DNA from: a virus
DNA length: 44,112 nucleotides
Reading direction: 5' to 3' (one strand)
Virus record (IMG/VR): IMGVR_UViG_3300029558_000015
Location: 1 to 44,112 of that record
Of the stretch, positions 23,527 to 33,165 are shown in pieces. The notes beneath the pieces are model-generated. The model saw nothing but the letters and a program-made list of their open reading frames with translations. It did not search any database and was not told the origin of the DNA. The number at the start of each line of letters is the position of its first letter. The stretch's first letter is position 1. The position numbers and the translations under genes are program-made.

Positions 23527-24495
23527 TTACAGTGCTTTTGCTTCCAGTTCCATGGTGTGCTCGTCATTTTTGAAGGTGTGCTCCGCCTTTTCCAGCATGA
23601 CATACCGCTTGAACGGCTCACCGTCCAGATCGGACAGGTTCACCAGAATCAGCGCCCCGGCCCGCAGGCCCGGCACGCCCAGAGAAGAGAACTTGAGCTG
23701 CTGCAATACCCGGTTATAATATTCCAAGCTCACTTTTGCCTGTTCCTTTACCTGAGCGTCGTTGGCGGCCTCGTCCACGGTTTGATACAGCTGCAAAAGG
23801 CCCCACTTCCCGATGTGCTCCGAATCCTTCATCACGAAAACATCCGCCTTTCCCGTCTTCTGATTGGGCCGGGCCAGCTTGATGCTGTTGTAGGTCTGGG
23901 TGTCGATGGAAGAATTAAAGGTGTAGTTCGTCATCAGGCTGTAATCGCCAATGACAATATCGGTCTTCAGGCTGCTGGCTTCTTTCAGAGCCAGCCCGTC
24001 ACCGGAATCGTAAAACACATAGACCTTGCCGGTGTTGAGCAGGGTCTTTTGCAAGGCGGTGTTGATGATGTCGATGCAGCTTTTGTCCTGCATGATGAGG
24101 GAGGGCAGTTTATAGCCGGTGTCAGCCAGCTCCCCCACGTCCAGCTCAAAGTCCTCTGCGATCTGCCGGATGATGTCCCCGGCGCTCTGGCCGTAGAAGG
24201 AGTAGCTGGCGTTTGCCTTGAGATACCGGATGCGGTCATAGCAGACAACGTCCACCGGCCCCCAGCGGTCAAAACCCCGGTTAAACACCCAGCCGTAAAA
24301 CTGAAGCTGACCATTCGCAGAAAAGCGGATCACATCCCCCTCTTCCAGCTTGGATTCCGGGGTGCGAAGATAGGTAAAGGTCAGTTTGCCCGGCTGACCG
24401 GTGCGCTGGGTAGACCAGACCACCTGCGTGGTGCAGTTCGTCAGGTTTAGGGTGTTTCCGGTGGCTTTCTGAGCGGCCAAAAGCTCATAGGTCAT
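23527..24495 (-). CDS. Late control D / XkdQ-like baseplate hub protein (322 aa)
   Basis: ATG at 24495 overlaps the upstream stop (ATGA) after GGAGGTGGAAGG. Synteny with the PBSX tail cluster. Confidence 0.6.
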   Translation of the reverse strand: MTYELLAAQKATGNTLNLTNCTTQVVWSTQRTGQPGKLTFTYLRTPESKLEEGDVIRFSANGQLQFYGWVFNRGFDRWGPVDVVCYDRIRYLKANASYSFYGQSAGDIIRQIAEDFELDVGELADTGYKLPSLIMQDKSCIDIINTALQKTLLNTGKVYVFYDSGDGLALKEASSLKTDIVIGDYSLMTNYTFNSSIDTQTYNSIKLARPNQKTGKADVFVMKDSEHIGKWGLLQLYQTVDEAANDAQVKEQAKVSLEYYNRVLQQLKFSSLGVPGLRAGALILVNLSDLDGEPFKRYVMLEKAEHTFKNDEHTMELEAKAL

Positions 24496-25319
24496 CCTTC
24501 CACCTCCTGCAGGCTGTTCTCCGGCATCCAACCTAGCACAGTGCCGCCGGTGTCTGCCACGCAGACGGGGCAGGGCCGGGTACGGTCGATGATGCGCCGC
24601 ACCACGACGATCCGGCCATGGATGCTGGTCAGAACTTCCTCCCCGCTGCCGGTGCCGTAGACCTTCCCGGTGGCTTTCCGCCTGGCCCCCACAACGAGCT
24701 TGTCTGCGGGGGTGCTCCTGGTGGGGGTCAGGGAGAGCTTTACAGCGCCTGCGGCATTCACCGCAGTGTTTACCGCCGTAGCTGCTGAAACGGCCCGTGC
24801 GGCAACGCTGGCCACGTCAGAGATGATGCTGGCCGGGGAAAAGGTTCCGGTCTGGCCAGCGCCCTGCACAACGGCCCTCTGCGGGGAGTAGTCCTTGTAC
24901 TCGGTCAGGCTCAGGTCAAAGTAGAAGTCCCCCGTCTCAGCGCCGCGCTCCTCTGCCTTGAAGCTGGTAACGAGGCATCGAAAGCCCAGACTCGGCCCCA
25001 GGAACGGTACGCCGTTCTCATAGAACCGGACGGGCGTATAAACGATGGGAGACTTTCTCTTCATGGCGGTGGTGAAGAATGCCATATACACCGATGGGGG
25101 AAGATGAATGCCGGTCTGGCCCGGCAGCCGCCGCCCGGGCAGCAGGCCAGAAATGGACACGGTGCGCAGGTTCGGCGTGCGGGGCTGCATGATAGGGCCA
25201 AGGCCCAGCACGTTATAGCTCCCATTGTCGGCAGAAAGGGTCTCCGGCAGCTTTTCCGGGTTGATGGGCAGGGCAATCACCGTTGCGCCGCTGGAAAAAT
25301 ACAGCTTATACAGGGACAT
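24492..25319 (-). CDS. Tail protein at the XkdP position (275 aa)
   Basis: Follows the tape measure gene. No clear LysM motif seen. Confidence 0.45.
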   Translation of the reverse strand: MSLYKLYFSSGATVIALPINPEKLPETLSADNGSYNVLGLGPIMQPRTPNLRTVSISGLLPGRRLPGQTGIHLPPSVYMAFFTTAMKRKSPIVYTPVRFYENGVPFLGPSLGFRCLVTSFKAEERGAETGDFYFDLSLTEYKDYSPQRAVVQGAGQTGTFSPASIISDVASVAARAVSAATAVNTAVNAAGAVKLSLTPTRSTPADKLVVGARRKATGKVYGTGSGEEVLTSIHGRIVVVRRIIDRTRPCPVCVADTGGTVLGWMPENSLQEVEG

Positions 25320-25329
25320 CTCTTTCTCC

Positions 25330-27387
25330 TTACTGCACGGTGACGGTGCTTCCTGCGTTCATCAGATCCACCAGAACGTCCCGCAGGGTGTCTGCCAGAT
25401 TCCGGGCATCCTTTTCGGTGCTGCCGGTGTTCTGGCCCTGCACGGTGATCATGGGGGTCTGGCTTGTCAGGTTGACGTTATTGACGTACTTGCGTTCAGC
25501 CACATCCACCAGCATCTTGATCTGCTCATCGGACAGATCCACGGTCTTTGCGATCTTGCCGGTGTTCTTGTCGATGTTGCCCAGCAGGTCTTTCACGTCT
25601 GCCGCCTGCGGAATTTCCAGCTCTCCCGTGCTGGTGCCCATAAGGCCGGATTTTCCGAGGTTTGCGCCCCAATCGCGACCGGCCTTATAGGCCTTGCCAA
25701 GGTCGATGTTTTCCCACGGCTTGACGACTTCCGTGTAACCGCTGGCCCACTTTTCATATTTGCGGTCGCGCTGGAGCTTTGTGACCGTGGCATTCACGCC
25801 GCTGGTCAAATCCACGGTCACGCCTGGGATCTTGTTCAGCAGGCCCTCCAGTCCCTGCGCGATGTTCTGCAAGTACTGCATTACCGTGATCGCCATGTCG
25901 TAGAATGCGATTTTGATTGCAGCCAGGGGGTTGTTGAACGCATTCGCCAGGAAATTCACAAAAGCAGCAAAGCCGTTCTGCAGCGGAACCAGAACGCCGT
26001 TGAAGACGAATGCGCCCACAGTCGCAAATGCTCCCGTGATGATGCCCGTGGCCGAAATGCTGGAGCCCGTCAGCTTGTTGAATGCTGCCACGCCTCCATA
26101 CAGAGCAGCCACCAGCACCAGAACTGCCGCAGCAGTCAGGGCGATGGGATTCGCTGCCATAACAGCGTTATAGAATGCCTGCATGGACGCGGCTGTTTTT
26201 GTAGCCGTTGCGAGGATGTTTGTCCAATTGGCGGCAATCAGGAGCACGCCGAACGCCGCGCCCAGGCTGACTACCAGAGGTATCGCAACATTCAGGTTGT
26301 TTGCCACCCAGTTGATGGCCGTCAGAAGCGGGTCAAGCGCCCGGACGGCGGTGTTGCTTGCCACTGTCCAGACCTGTGCCCAGGTCATGGGGGTCTTTTC
26401 AAACTCTTTGTTGGTGTCCTCGGCTGCCGCAAACAGGGCATTTTTCACGATGTCGGCAGTGATCAGGCCCTGAGAACCCATCTCGCGCAACTCGCCCACG
26501 CTGACCTGCATGTAATCCGCAATGGACTTTGCGAGGGCAGGAGCCTGCTCCATCACGCTGTTCAACTCGTCACCGCGCAGCACTCCAGATGCAAGCCCCT
26601 GTTCCAGCTGAAGAATCGCGGCCTGCGCAGACGAACCGGACGCACCGGAAAGGGCCAGCTGCTTGTTCAGCTGCTCTGCAAACTGCACGATCTCTTTGGA
26701 GCTGCTGAACGCATCACCGGCCATTGTGCCCAGCTGGGAGACCAGCCCCATGGTATCGGTAAAGCTGCCCCTGGAACGCTGGGCCGACTGGTAGATCATC
26801 GTTTCCAGCTCCTGGGTGGTCTGCAGGCCGTCGTTCATTCGATCAAGCCGGGCACGCATGGAGACCAAGCTATCAGACAGATCAACGGCCTTTTTCAAGC
26901 CCTGAATGCTCAAATAAGAGGCTGCCAGCCGGAGAACCGAAGATGTCAGGGATTGGGTGACGCTTTGCGCCATATTTTCCTGCTCCTGCAGCCGCTTTGT
27001 AGCCGCTGCCGCCTCATCCTTGGCCGCTGCCGTTACACTGGCGGCGTTTTCAGCTGCTTTCATGGATTGGGTCAGGGTCTGCTGCTGCGCTTCCAGCCCT
27101 CGGATGGTTGCGCCCAGCTTCTCGGTCTGGGTGTCCAGCTTTTTGAACGCTTCCGTGTTCTGCTGACCGGCGGCAACCATTTCTTCCTGCTGTGCCACAT
27201 ACGATTCAAACTTCGCATTTGCGGAGATCAGCTGTCGGGAAACGCTGTTCAAAACAGACTGATAGTTCCGGGCCGCTGTCTGTGCCGTTGTGGTAGAGCT
27301 TGATGCTCTCTGTGCGGCCTGAATGTATGCGCCAAAGGAAGAGGAAAACTGATCCTGAAGGACAAGCGTTTCCTGAATTTTAGCCAT
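25330..27387 (-). CDS. Tail tape measure protein (685 aa)
   Basis: Long helical A/Q-rich N-terminus and a central hydrophobic Gly/Ala-rich block. Located after the chaperone pair. Confidence 0.85.
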   Translation of the reverse strand: MAKIQETLVLQDQFSSSFGAYIQAAQRASSSTTTAQTAARNYQSVLNSVSRQLISANAKFESYVAQQEEMVAAGQQNTEAFKKLDTQTEKLGATIRGLEAQQQTLTQSMKAAENAASVTAAAKDEAAAATKRLQEQENMAQSVTQSLTSSVLRLAASYLSIQGLKKAVDLSDSLVSMRARLDRMNDGLQTTQELETMIYQSAQRSRGSFTDTMGLVSQLGTMAGDAFSSSKEIVQFAEQLNKQLALSGASGSSAQAAILQLEQGLASGVLRGDELNSVMEQAPALAKSIADYMQVSVGELREMGSQGLITADIVKNALFAAAEDTNKEFEKTPMTWAQVWTVASNTAVRALDPLLTAINWVANNLNVAIPLVVSLGAAFGVLLIAANWTNILATATKTAASMQAFYNAVMAANPIALTAAAVLVLVAALYGGVAAFNKLTGSSISATGIITGAFATVGAFVFNGVLVPLQNGFAAFVNFLANAFNNPLAAIKIAFYDMAITVMQYLQNIAQGLEGLLNKIPGVTVDLTSGVNATVTKLQRDRKYEKWASGYTEVVKPWENIDLGKAYKAGRDWGANLGKSGLMGTSTGELEIPQAADVKDLLGNIDKNTGKIAKTVDLSDEQIKMLVDVAERKYVNNVNLTSQTPMITVQGQNTGSTEKDARNLADTLRDVLVDLMNAGSTVTVQ

Positions 27388-27580
27388 TTCGTCCCGCCTC
27401 CTTCATCCGCTGGGTCTCCTCTCTGCGCTTTTCCATGGAGTGCAAAGCAAATGCCCTCACCAGCGCCTTTTCACGCACCGGCAGGGCATCGTACTTGCCC
27501 GGGGGCCAGCTGAGGTTAACGAAGCAATAGTAAGCCACCAGCACGTCGATATCCCAGCTGCCCCCGGAGATCAGTTTTTT
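27380..27580 (-). CDS. -1 frameshift extension of the tail assembly chaperone (XkdN/XkdO-type G/GT pair)
   Basis: Slippery A-AAA-AAC at 27580-27574 immediately before the zero-frame stop. The -1 frame stays open for 66 codons (KKLISGGSWDIDVLVAYYC...) and ends overlapping the tape measure ATG. Confidence 0.7.
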   Translation of the reverse strand, partial: KKLISGGSWDIDVLVAYYCFVNLSWPPGKYDALPVREKALVRAFALHSMEKRREETQRMKEAGRNG

Positions 27581-27978
27581 GCCTCTTCGTCCAGGCTCTT
27601 ATCAAAGCCGGAGAGCTTGCTCACGGCATCGATCAGGCGGCCAAACTCACCGGCCAGAAGCATCTTGCCGGGAACCTGAACCGGGTCTTTGGTGCCGTAG
27701 GCCTCACACAGCTCCGCGCTGCGGAAATCCGGGAAAACGGTAGCTTCCACGATGGTGCGGGCACTCAGCTCGTTGGCATCAATGGAATCCTGCCACTGGC
27801 CGTCCACCTTTTTCTGCTTGGTGGCCGCTTTGATGATGGCAGCGTTTTCCTCCTGGGTCAGGGAGCGGATCTTGAACGGGGTCGGTTTGCCGTCCTCGCC
27901 CAGAAAACGCTTGGAGATGATGATTTCCTTTTCCTCGCAGGTCACAGCGGGATGCAGAAATGCAGAAAGTGCGCTCAT
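27571..27978 (-). CDS. Tail assembly chaperone (XkdN-like)
   Basis: 135 aa with an AGGAGG RBS. Lies between the tube and tape measure genes. Confidence 0.7.
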   Translation of the reverse strand: MSALSAFLHPAVTCEEKEIIISKRFLGEDGKPTPFKIRSLTQEENAAIIKAATKQKKVDGQWQDSIDANELSARTIVEATVFPDFRSAELCEAYGTKDPVQVPGKMLLAGEFGRLIDAVSKLSGFDKSLDEEAKN

Positions 27979-27996
27979 AAAAAATACCTCCTAAAA

Positions 27997-28482
27997 TCAG
28001 TTGCTGCCCAGGTTGGTGGGATCGTTGAACGCTTCCAGACGTTTGACGCTGGTATAGCTGAAATTGAAATCGTAGTTCAGCATGGCTTCCTCGTCGTCCA
28101 GAATGGACAACGGGATATCGCCGGTCAGTACGCAGCCATAGTAGCCCATTACCTGAGCACCCACGCTGGACGTGGGGTCCTGGTTTGTGATGGTGATGTC
28201 AAACAGATCCTGCACGCCGTTTTCGATGTAGTTCAGCACCATATCGGTGAAAAGATTGGAGCCGTTGGAACCGAAATAGACGTTGCCGGTACCGGTCTGG
28301 GTGACACCGTTGGCCTTTTTCTGCACCTTTCGGGTGCCGATGGTCTTCATGTCCGAAGTCTGAATGCCTGCAATGGTCTTGATGTTCCGCATACCTGCGG
28401 CTTCCAGAATGCGGCCGTTCCGGGTAATGGTAATTTTGCCCTCTGCACCGTTCAGGGTGTCCTGGGCCATCAAATAACTCAT
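27997..28482 (-). CDS. Tail tube protein (XkdM-like)
   Basis: 161 aa immediately after the sheath gene. AAGGAGG RBS. Confidence 0.75.
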   Translation of the reverse strand: MSYLMAQDTLNGAEGKITITRNGRILEAAGMRNIKTIAGIQTSDMKTIGTRKVQKKANGVTQTGTGNVYFGSNGSNLFTDMVLNYIENGVQDLFDITITNQDPTSSVGAQVMGYYGCVLTGDIPLSILDDEEAMLNYDFNFSYTSVKRLEAFNDPTNLGSN

Positions 28483-28494
28483 CTTTGTACCTCC

Positions 28495-29838
28495 TTACGC
28501 CACATCCAGGGTGATATAGATCTTGTTGGTGCTGCCCACGGCCTCGATGGCCAGCGTAATGAGCACGGCATCCTTTGCCTCGCCTGCTTCCACGATGACA
28601 TCCGTCTCGCCGTTGAAGTTCTGGATGCCGCCGGATGCCTGGATCTGATCCAGATATTTGACGATGGCGCTCTTGTACTGGCGGCGGCCGTCCTCGGTGT
28701 TGTCCACAATGCCCACATAGCTCTGGGCGAACTGCTTGTACAGGTCGTTGGCAATGGTGTTGCACAGCCGCATGGTGCGGTTGTAGCGGTACACCTCGCC
28801 GATCTCGCTGGTATAGGTGACCAGAGAGTTGATGTCATACTCCACCCGGACGGTGCCGTCATCGGCGTTGAACACGAACTTGCCTGCATTGATGGCATCC
28901 ACATACTGGTTGTGGGTCATCTTGGGGGAAACGTCCACCGCGTTGGGAACGGCGGCATTCGTCAGGTCGTTGGCGTAGGTCGCTCCGGAAAGCGCACCGC
29001 CGACCCACCAGACGGCTTCCTTCGGGGTCAGGGTGGTTCCATCGTTCATCACCAAACCGCTGCACACGTTGACGATAAAGCGGGTGTCAGGGTTGGTGGC
29101 ATTGGCTTCCACCAGCTGAGAGAAGCGGCCCACTTCGGTGTTCACGCGCTTGATAAAGGTCTCCATCGCGGTTTTTACGGTGGCATCCTCGCCGTCGTAC
29201 AGCATGGAATCGAAGTTGTAGGGCTCGATGTTCGTCAGGTAGGTGCTGTATGCGGAAGAGTTTACCTCGCCGTCTTTGCCGCCGGAAAGCTGGGTGCCGA
29301 CATTTGCAGCCAGAGTGCCCGTGCCGCTGAAATCCACCCAGTCATTGCCGGTCAGGTCTGCAACGGTCTTGCCGGTCTGCTGATCCTTCACCACACCGTC
29401 AACGACCGTGGAGACCTGGAAACTGCCCGCAGGTTCCGTCAGTGCGGTGACGATCACAACGATGTCGTTGCCTCGGGAGCCGGGAAATTTTGCGGTAGCC
29501 GTCAGCGGGGCGATAGTGCCGGTTGCCTTTGCACTGTCTGCAGCGGCCGGGCGGTAAAGCAGCAGCTTGGTGGGTGCTGCGGTGCGGTTGGAGCCGCTAA
29601 AGATCATGGATGCAAATCGATTGTGTGCATCTGTGATGTCGTAACCGGTATAGGGGATCAGGTCTTCCCCGGCGGCGATCTCCATCACCTTGCCGACGGG
29701 CCCCCAGCTCATGGGTTCGCAGATCGTGACCTTGCCGCGGTCGCCAATGGTCAGATTCTGCTGGCTCTTGGAGCGAAATTTGAAGTAAATGCCGGGCCGC
29801 ACCTTGTTCTGTACAGCCCAGGTTCCGCCTGCTGCCAT
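28495..29838 (-). CDS. Contractile tail sheath protein
   Basis: 447 aa. N-terminus MAAGGTWAVQNKVRPGIYFKF is typical of sheath proteins. ATG at 29838 follows GGAAGGAGTG. Confidence 0.85.
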   Translation of the reverse strand: MAAGGTWAVQNKVRPGIYFKFRSKSQQNLTIGDRGKVTICEPMSWGPVGKVMEIAAGEDLIPYTGYDITDAHNRFASMIFSGSNRTAAPTKLLLYRPAAADSAKATGTIAPLTATAKFPGSRGNDIVVIVTALTEPAGSFQVSTVVDGVVKDQQTGKTVADLTGNDWVDFSGTGTLAANVGTQLSGGKDGEVNSSAYSTYLTNIEPYNFDSMLYDGEDATVKTAMETFIKRVNTEVGRFSQLVEANATNPDTRFIVNVCSGLVMNDGTTLTPKEAVWWVGGALSGATYANDLTNAAVPNAVDVSPKMTHNQYVDAINAGKFVFNADDGTVRVEYDINSLVTYTSEIGEVYRYNRTMRLCNTIANDLYKQFAQSYVGIVDNTEDGRRQYKSAIVKYLDQIQASGGIQNFNGETDVIVEAGEAKDAVLITLAIEAVGSTNKIYITLDVA

Positions 29839-29843
29839 AGGTG

Positions 29844-29999
29844 TCACTCCTTCCAAAATTCTTTCACAGCGGCTTCAGCCTCTGCGAGGGTGTAAAACGG
29901 TTTGTGTAAAACAACAGCCAGAAAATCCGGCTGATACCCCGCAAAACGCGGGTCTTTCAGCAGCACTTCCCGGCTGTATTGGGTATTATCCTGTTTCAT
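29844..29999 (-). CDS. Small hypothetical protein (51 aa), absent from the ORF track
   Basis: ATG at 29999 makes an ATGA overlap with the upstream stop. It fills the gap before the sheath gene. Confidence 0.45.
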   Translation of the reverse strand: MKQDNTQYSREVLLKDPRFAGYQPDFLAVVLHKPFYTLAEAEAAVKEFWKE

Positions 30000-30445
30000 T
30001 GGTCTACCTTCTGGTTTACGGTCTGGGTCTGCATCTTCACTGCGTCCACGGGCTTTTCCACAAAGACACGCAGCTCAAACTTATAATGCAGTCCGTCATC
30101 GTCGATATCCGTGCTGCGCTCGTAGGCGTGCAGGAGCTTTTCCGCTTCTGTTCCATCGGAATAAGGAAATGTTTCCATGCAGAAATCGAGCGTCTCAGCG
30201 GCTTTGTTGTACTGCTGGCGCAGGTCTGTGAGGTTGTAGTCCAGCAGATAGGTCAGGTCGAGCCGGATGGTGCGCAGCCAGCGCCCGCCAGGGTAAGGCT
30301 TGATATCGTTGCCCCGCTGCTGGATGAACATGCAGGGCGGCTCTACGCCTTGCTGGGCAGGGTCTTCCAGCATCTGCACACCGGGCAGGATGGGAGCCAG
30401 ATACTCCGCCAGAGACCGAGCCAGCGTTGTGATGGTAAAGTTCAT
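29996..30445 (-). CDS. Tail completion/terminator-type protein (149 aa)
   Basis: Position between the HK97 gp10-like gene and the sheath gene. Coupled starts. Confidence 0.4.
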   Translation of the reverse strand: MNFTITTLARSLAEYLAPILPGVQMLEDPAQQGVEPPCMFIQQRGNDIKPYPGGRWLRTIRLDLTYLLDYNLTDLRQQYNKAAETLDFCMETFPYSDGTEAEKLLHAYERSTDIDDDGLHYKFELRVFVEKPVDAVKMQTQTVNQKVDQ

Positions 30446-30942
30446 TTCAGCATCTCTCCCAGCTTGTTTATGGCTTTTTCTGTCTCTACTTTCACGGTGT
30501 GCTTGTATGCCTCAATCCCCGCATCGGACATGTGCAGGCCCTCAACGTAGGTTGTTTTCGTGCCCACCATCATGCCGCCGGGCTTGCTCATATCGATCTG
30601 CAAGAGACCGCTAGATGGCTCGACTGTAAGGTGCGGCACAAAGTGCTTGTCCATCCGGTGGCCATCGTTGACGTAGGAGGCATAATTTGCATTATTGCTC
30701 AGGTTCGTCACAAGTTCCCCACCCAGAAGTCCATAAGGCTCTGTTCGGCTGTCAACAGCCCACCGTTCCTTAAGCTCCCCGGTGCGGGTATTGGTTCCGC
30801 TCAGGCTGTCCGTTGTGGGCGGGGTCTTATCCTGCGCCGCTTCCACGGCCCGGAGGGTGGCATTGCGGGCAACGTCTGCGAGCATTTCGGGCAAAGCGGC
30901 CTGCGCCGCCTCCAGCTTCTTGATGTACTCCTGCAGGTTCAT
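30442..30942 (-). CDS. HK97 gp10-family head-tail protein
   Basis: 166 aa. YASYVNDGHR motif typical of the family. Confidence 0.65.
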   Translation of the reverse strand: MNLQEYIKKLEAAQAALPEMLADVARNATLRAVEAAQDKTPPTTDSLSGTNTRTGELKERWAVDSRTEPYGLLGGELVTNLSNNANYASYVNDGHRMDKHFVPHLTVEPSSGLLQIDMSKPGGMMVGTKTTYVEGLHMSDAGIEAYKHTVKVETEKAINKLGEMLK

Positions 30943-31322
30943 TTCGCACGCTCCTGACTGAGAAGGACGACCTCCTGGTGGGCCAGCCCGGGAAGCACGG
31001 CCCCGAAGGGCTCATAGTACAGGTCAGGATCCCCGGCGAAGTACCGGGTTTCCTGCACGGAGTGCCCCAGCCGTGCCCCCCTGTGGATCACTAGCTCATC
31101 GCCGGGCTTGATATCCACATCAATATCACAAGCCAGCTTGTCCGTTTTTTGGACATTGGCTGCGGTTTTGGTCATGGTGAGGGGCTTGTCCTGGCTGCGA
31201 TACACCCGGCACGGAACGCCAGTGCAGACGACCTTCCGTTCCTTGCGGCTCAACTGGCCATCCTTCACAGTTTCCGTGCGCCTGATCTCCATCAGGTCGG
31301 TATACCAGTCATTCCAGTTCAT
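30939..31322 (-). CDS. Head closure / head-tail adaptor protein
   Basis: 127 aa. Call rests on position and size. Confidence 0.45.
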   Translation of the reverse strand: MNWNDWYTDLMEIRRTETVKDGQLSRKERKVVCTGVPCRVYRSQDKPLTMTKTAANVQKTDKLACDIDVDIKPGDELVIHRGARLGHSVQETRYFAGDPDLYYEPFGAVLPGLAHQEVVLLSQERAK

Positions 31323-31331
31323 GGGTGCACC

Positions 31332-31820
31332 TCACATTACGAGAGTTCCGGCCGCACCGATAAAGCGGGCACGGTTTGCCAGCATCTGACCGTAGGTGGT
31401 GGCGTTCAGGTCGCCCCAGTCCTCTGTTCCTGCGGTCAGGGCGCTGGTGTCGTAGGTCACGGAGCTGTCTCCCAGCGTGGCAGACTTCACCACACCCACC
31501 AGAGCGCCTGACGCTGCCGCCTGCGCCGGGGTGGCGGTGCTCTCTGCATAGGTGCGCAGCTGCAAAGTGACGTAGTGGGCCACATAAAGCCCCACGGCAT
31601 AATGCCAGCTATCCAGCCATTTATCAGGCTGAATGCTGACGTTTGCCATTTTCACGATCTCTTCCAGCATCACGTCCGGCAGGTGGCAATTGCCGTCCGC
31701 GTCACAGAACTGCGGGTATTCCGCCTTGAACTGCTCTGCGGTGTAATTGCCCACACTCTGCCCCAGATTTGCGGCCTGCGCAAGAACGCCCTGAAACTGC
31801 GGTTTCATCGTCCAGCACAT
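31332..31820 (-). CDS. DUF4054-like head-tail connector protein
   Basis: 162 aa. ATG lies 6 nt after GGAGG. Pattern FKAEYPQF....LPDVMLEEIVKMA. Confidence 0.55.
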   Translation of the reverse strand: MCWTMKPQFQGVLAQAANLGQSVGNYTAEQFKAEYPQFCDADGNCHLPDVMLEEIVKMANVSIQPDKWLDSWHYAVGLYVAHYVTLQLRTYAESTATPAQAAASGALVGVVKSATLGDSSVTYDTSALTAGTEDWGDLNATTYGQMLANRARFIGAAGTLVM

Positions 31821-31831
31821 GGGCAGCCTCC

Positions 31832-32089
31832 TCAGTCTTCCTGCGGTTCGGCAGGCTTGTCCCAGTCCGCAGTCTTTTTCTTGCGGACGGGCTTGTCTGC
31901 GGCATCCTGCACGGCCTTGTCGCTGCGGTTCGTGGGTACGATGTCACCATCGGCCACCAGCGCCTTGAAATAGGCCGTCTCTGCCGCCCAGTCCGGCACT
32001 TCGACCAGCTGCTCCCGGTGGAGCGGGAAGGTCTGGGAACCGTCTGCGCTGGGCAGGATGATGTTTGCTTTGGAAAGCACGAAAGCCAT
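31832..32089 (-). CDS. Hypothetical head-module protein (85 aa)
   Basis: ATG at 32089 follows GGAGGTGGCAGAA. Confidence 0.5.
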   Translation of the reverse strand: MAFVLSKANIILPSADGSQTFPLHREQLVEVPDWAAETAYFKALVADGDIVPTNRSDKAVQDAADKPVRKKKTADWDKPAEPQED

Positions 32090-32105
32090 TTCTGCCACCT
32101 CCTGA

Positions 32106-33149
32106 TCAGATGCCGTCCACGTACAGCATGGAGGTCTGGTACATGAGCTGCACCTCGGATGCGTTTGCCATATAGGCGGTGTCGTAGCAGACATTGGTGA
32201 CGTTGGGGGCGCTCATCACGCGGGACAGGGGCACCAGCTCGTCCGCCTTGACAAAGCGGCGGTTGTTGACGTACACCACCATGCGGTCACCGCCAGAAGT
32301 GCCAGCGCCCTTGACCCAGCGGGTGGGAACGATCTCCAGATCCACGCCGTGGTTTGCGGCCACGTTGTGCTTCTTCAGGAAGTCGTAGATGGTCTCAGTG
32401 CCCAGGTCACTCACCATAGTGGTGGTGATGTAGCTGTACTGCTCGTAGGGGATCAGGATATGGTTGGGGATACCGGCCTCATCGTACTCGTTGGCAGCCC
32501 ACACGGCAGTGATGGCGTTGTTGATGTCCGTCAGGATCTGCTTGGGGGTCTTGTCTGCAAACTTGGTGGAGGAGCCGGTGCCGGAGGCTGCGGCAGTGGT
32601 CTTGGTGACATCGGGGTTGTTGACCAGGCCGGTGGTGGCGTACTCGTCAAAGCCAATGTAGGTATTCTGGTCCATGTGCTTGTCGTATGCCAGCCGGATG
32701 CCGTCCTGAAGCATCTGGTCAAGGCTGCGGCCAATGAAGTTGGCGCGCTGCATATCCACGAACATGACGCGCAGAGCGGCGGCAAAGACATGGGCCTTGA
32801 ATGCACCCTTGCTCACGCTGGCCTGCACCACAGGGATGCCGTTGGAGCCGCCGCCATTGACGGCAGAAGCGCCGGAGCCGCCTGCCATACCGTAGGCCAC
32901 GGACATGGCGGAGACGTAATCCACCCAGCCGCCGCCTACCTCGATGGGGATATCACGGGGATAGGTGACGCTGGTGAGGGGCTTGCGGATCAGCGGGTCA
33001 CGCTTTTCCAGCTCGCTGGTGAGGAACGCGTTGCCGCTCTGGATGGCAGCCGCGTCCATGGTGGGAGTGCCGCCGGGCAGTGCAGCACCGGCGTTGTTTA
33101 CGGTGAAAGTACCGGCATTGGTGGTGCCGACGTTCTGGAAGTTTGCCAT
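32106..33149 (-). CDS. Major capsid protein (DUF2184-type, HK97 fold)
   Basis: 347 aa. Synteny is DUF2213-like scaffold, small cement-like protein, then capsid. Abundant G/A/T/N composition. Confidence 0.75.
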   Translation of the reverse strand: MANFQNVGTTNAGTFTVNNAGAALPGGTPTMDAAAIQSGNAFLTSELEKRDPLIRKPLTSVTYPRDIPIEVGGGWVDYVSAMSVAYGMAGGSGASAVNGGGSNGIPVVQASVSKGAFKAHVFAAALRVMFVDMQRANFIGRSLDQMLQDGIRLAYDKHMDQNTYIGFDEYATTGLVNNPDVTKTTAAASGTGSSTKFADKTPKQILTDINNAITAVWAANEYDEAGIPNHILIPYEQYSYITTTMVSDLGTETIYDFLKKHNVAANHGVDLEIVPTRWVKGAGTSGGDRMVVYVNNRRFVKADELVPLSRVMSAPNVTNVCYDTAYMANASEVQLMYQTSMLYVDGI

Positions 33150-33165
33150 AGTCTAAGCCCTCCTA

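Noticed and set aside
25225-27303. 692-aa plus-strand ORF (also 27952-29895 at 647 aa, 35472-37265 at 597 aa, 20750-21604, 23557-24450 and 32349-33185)
   Set aside because: These are antisense shadow ORFs of the tape measure, sheath, portal and other structural genes in high-GC DNA. Their composition is R/G/H/L/Q-rich, they have no RBS, and the opposite strand carries recognisable proteins.
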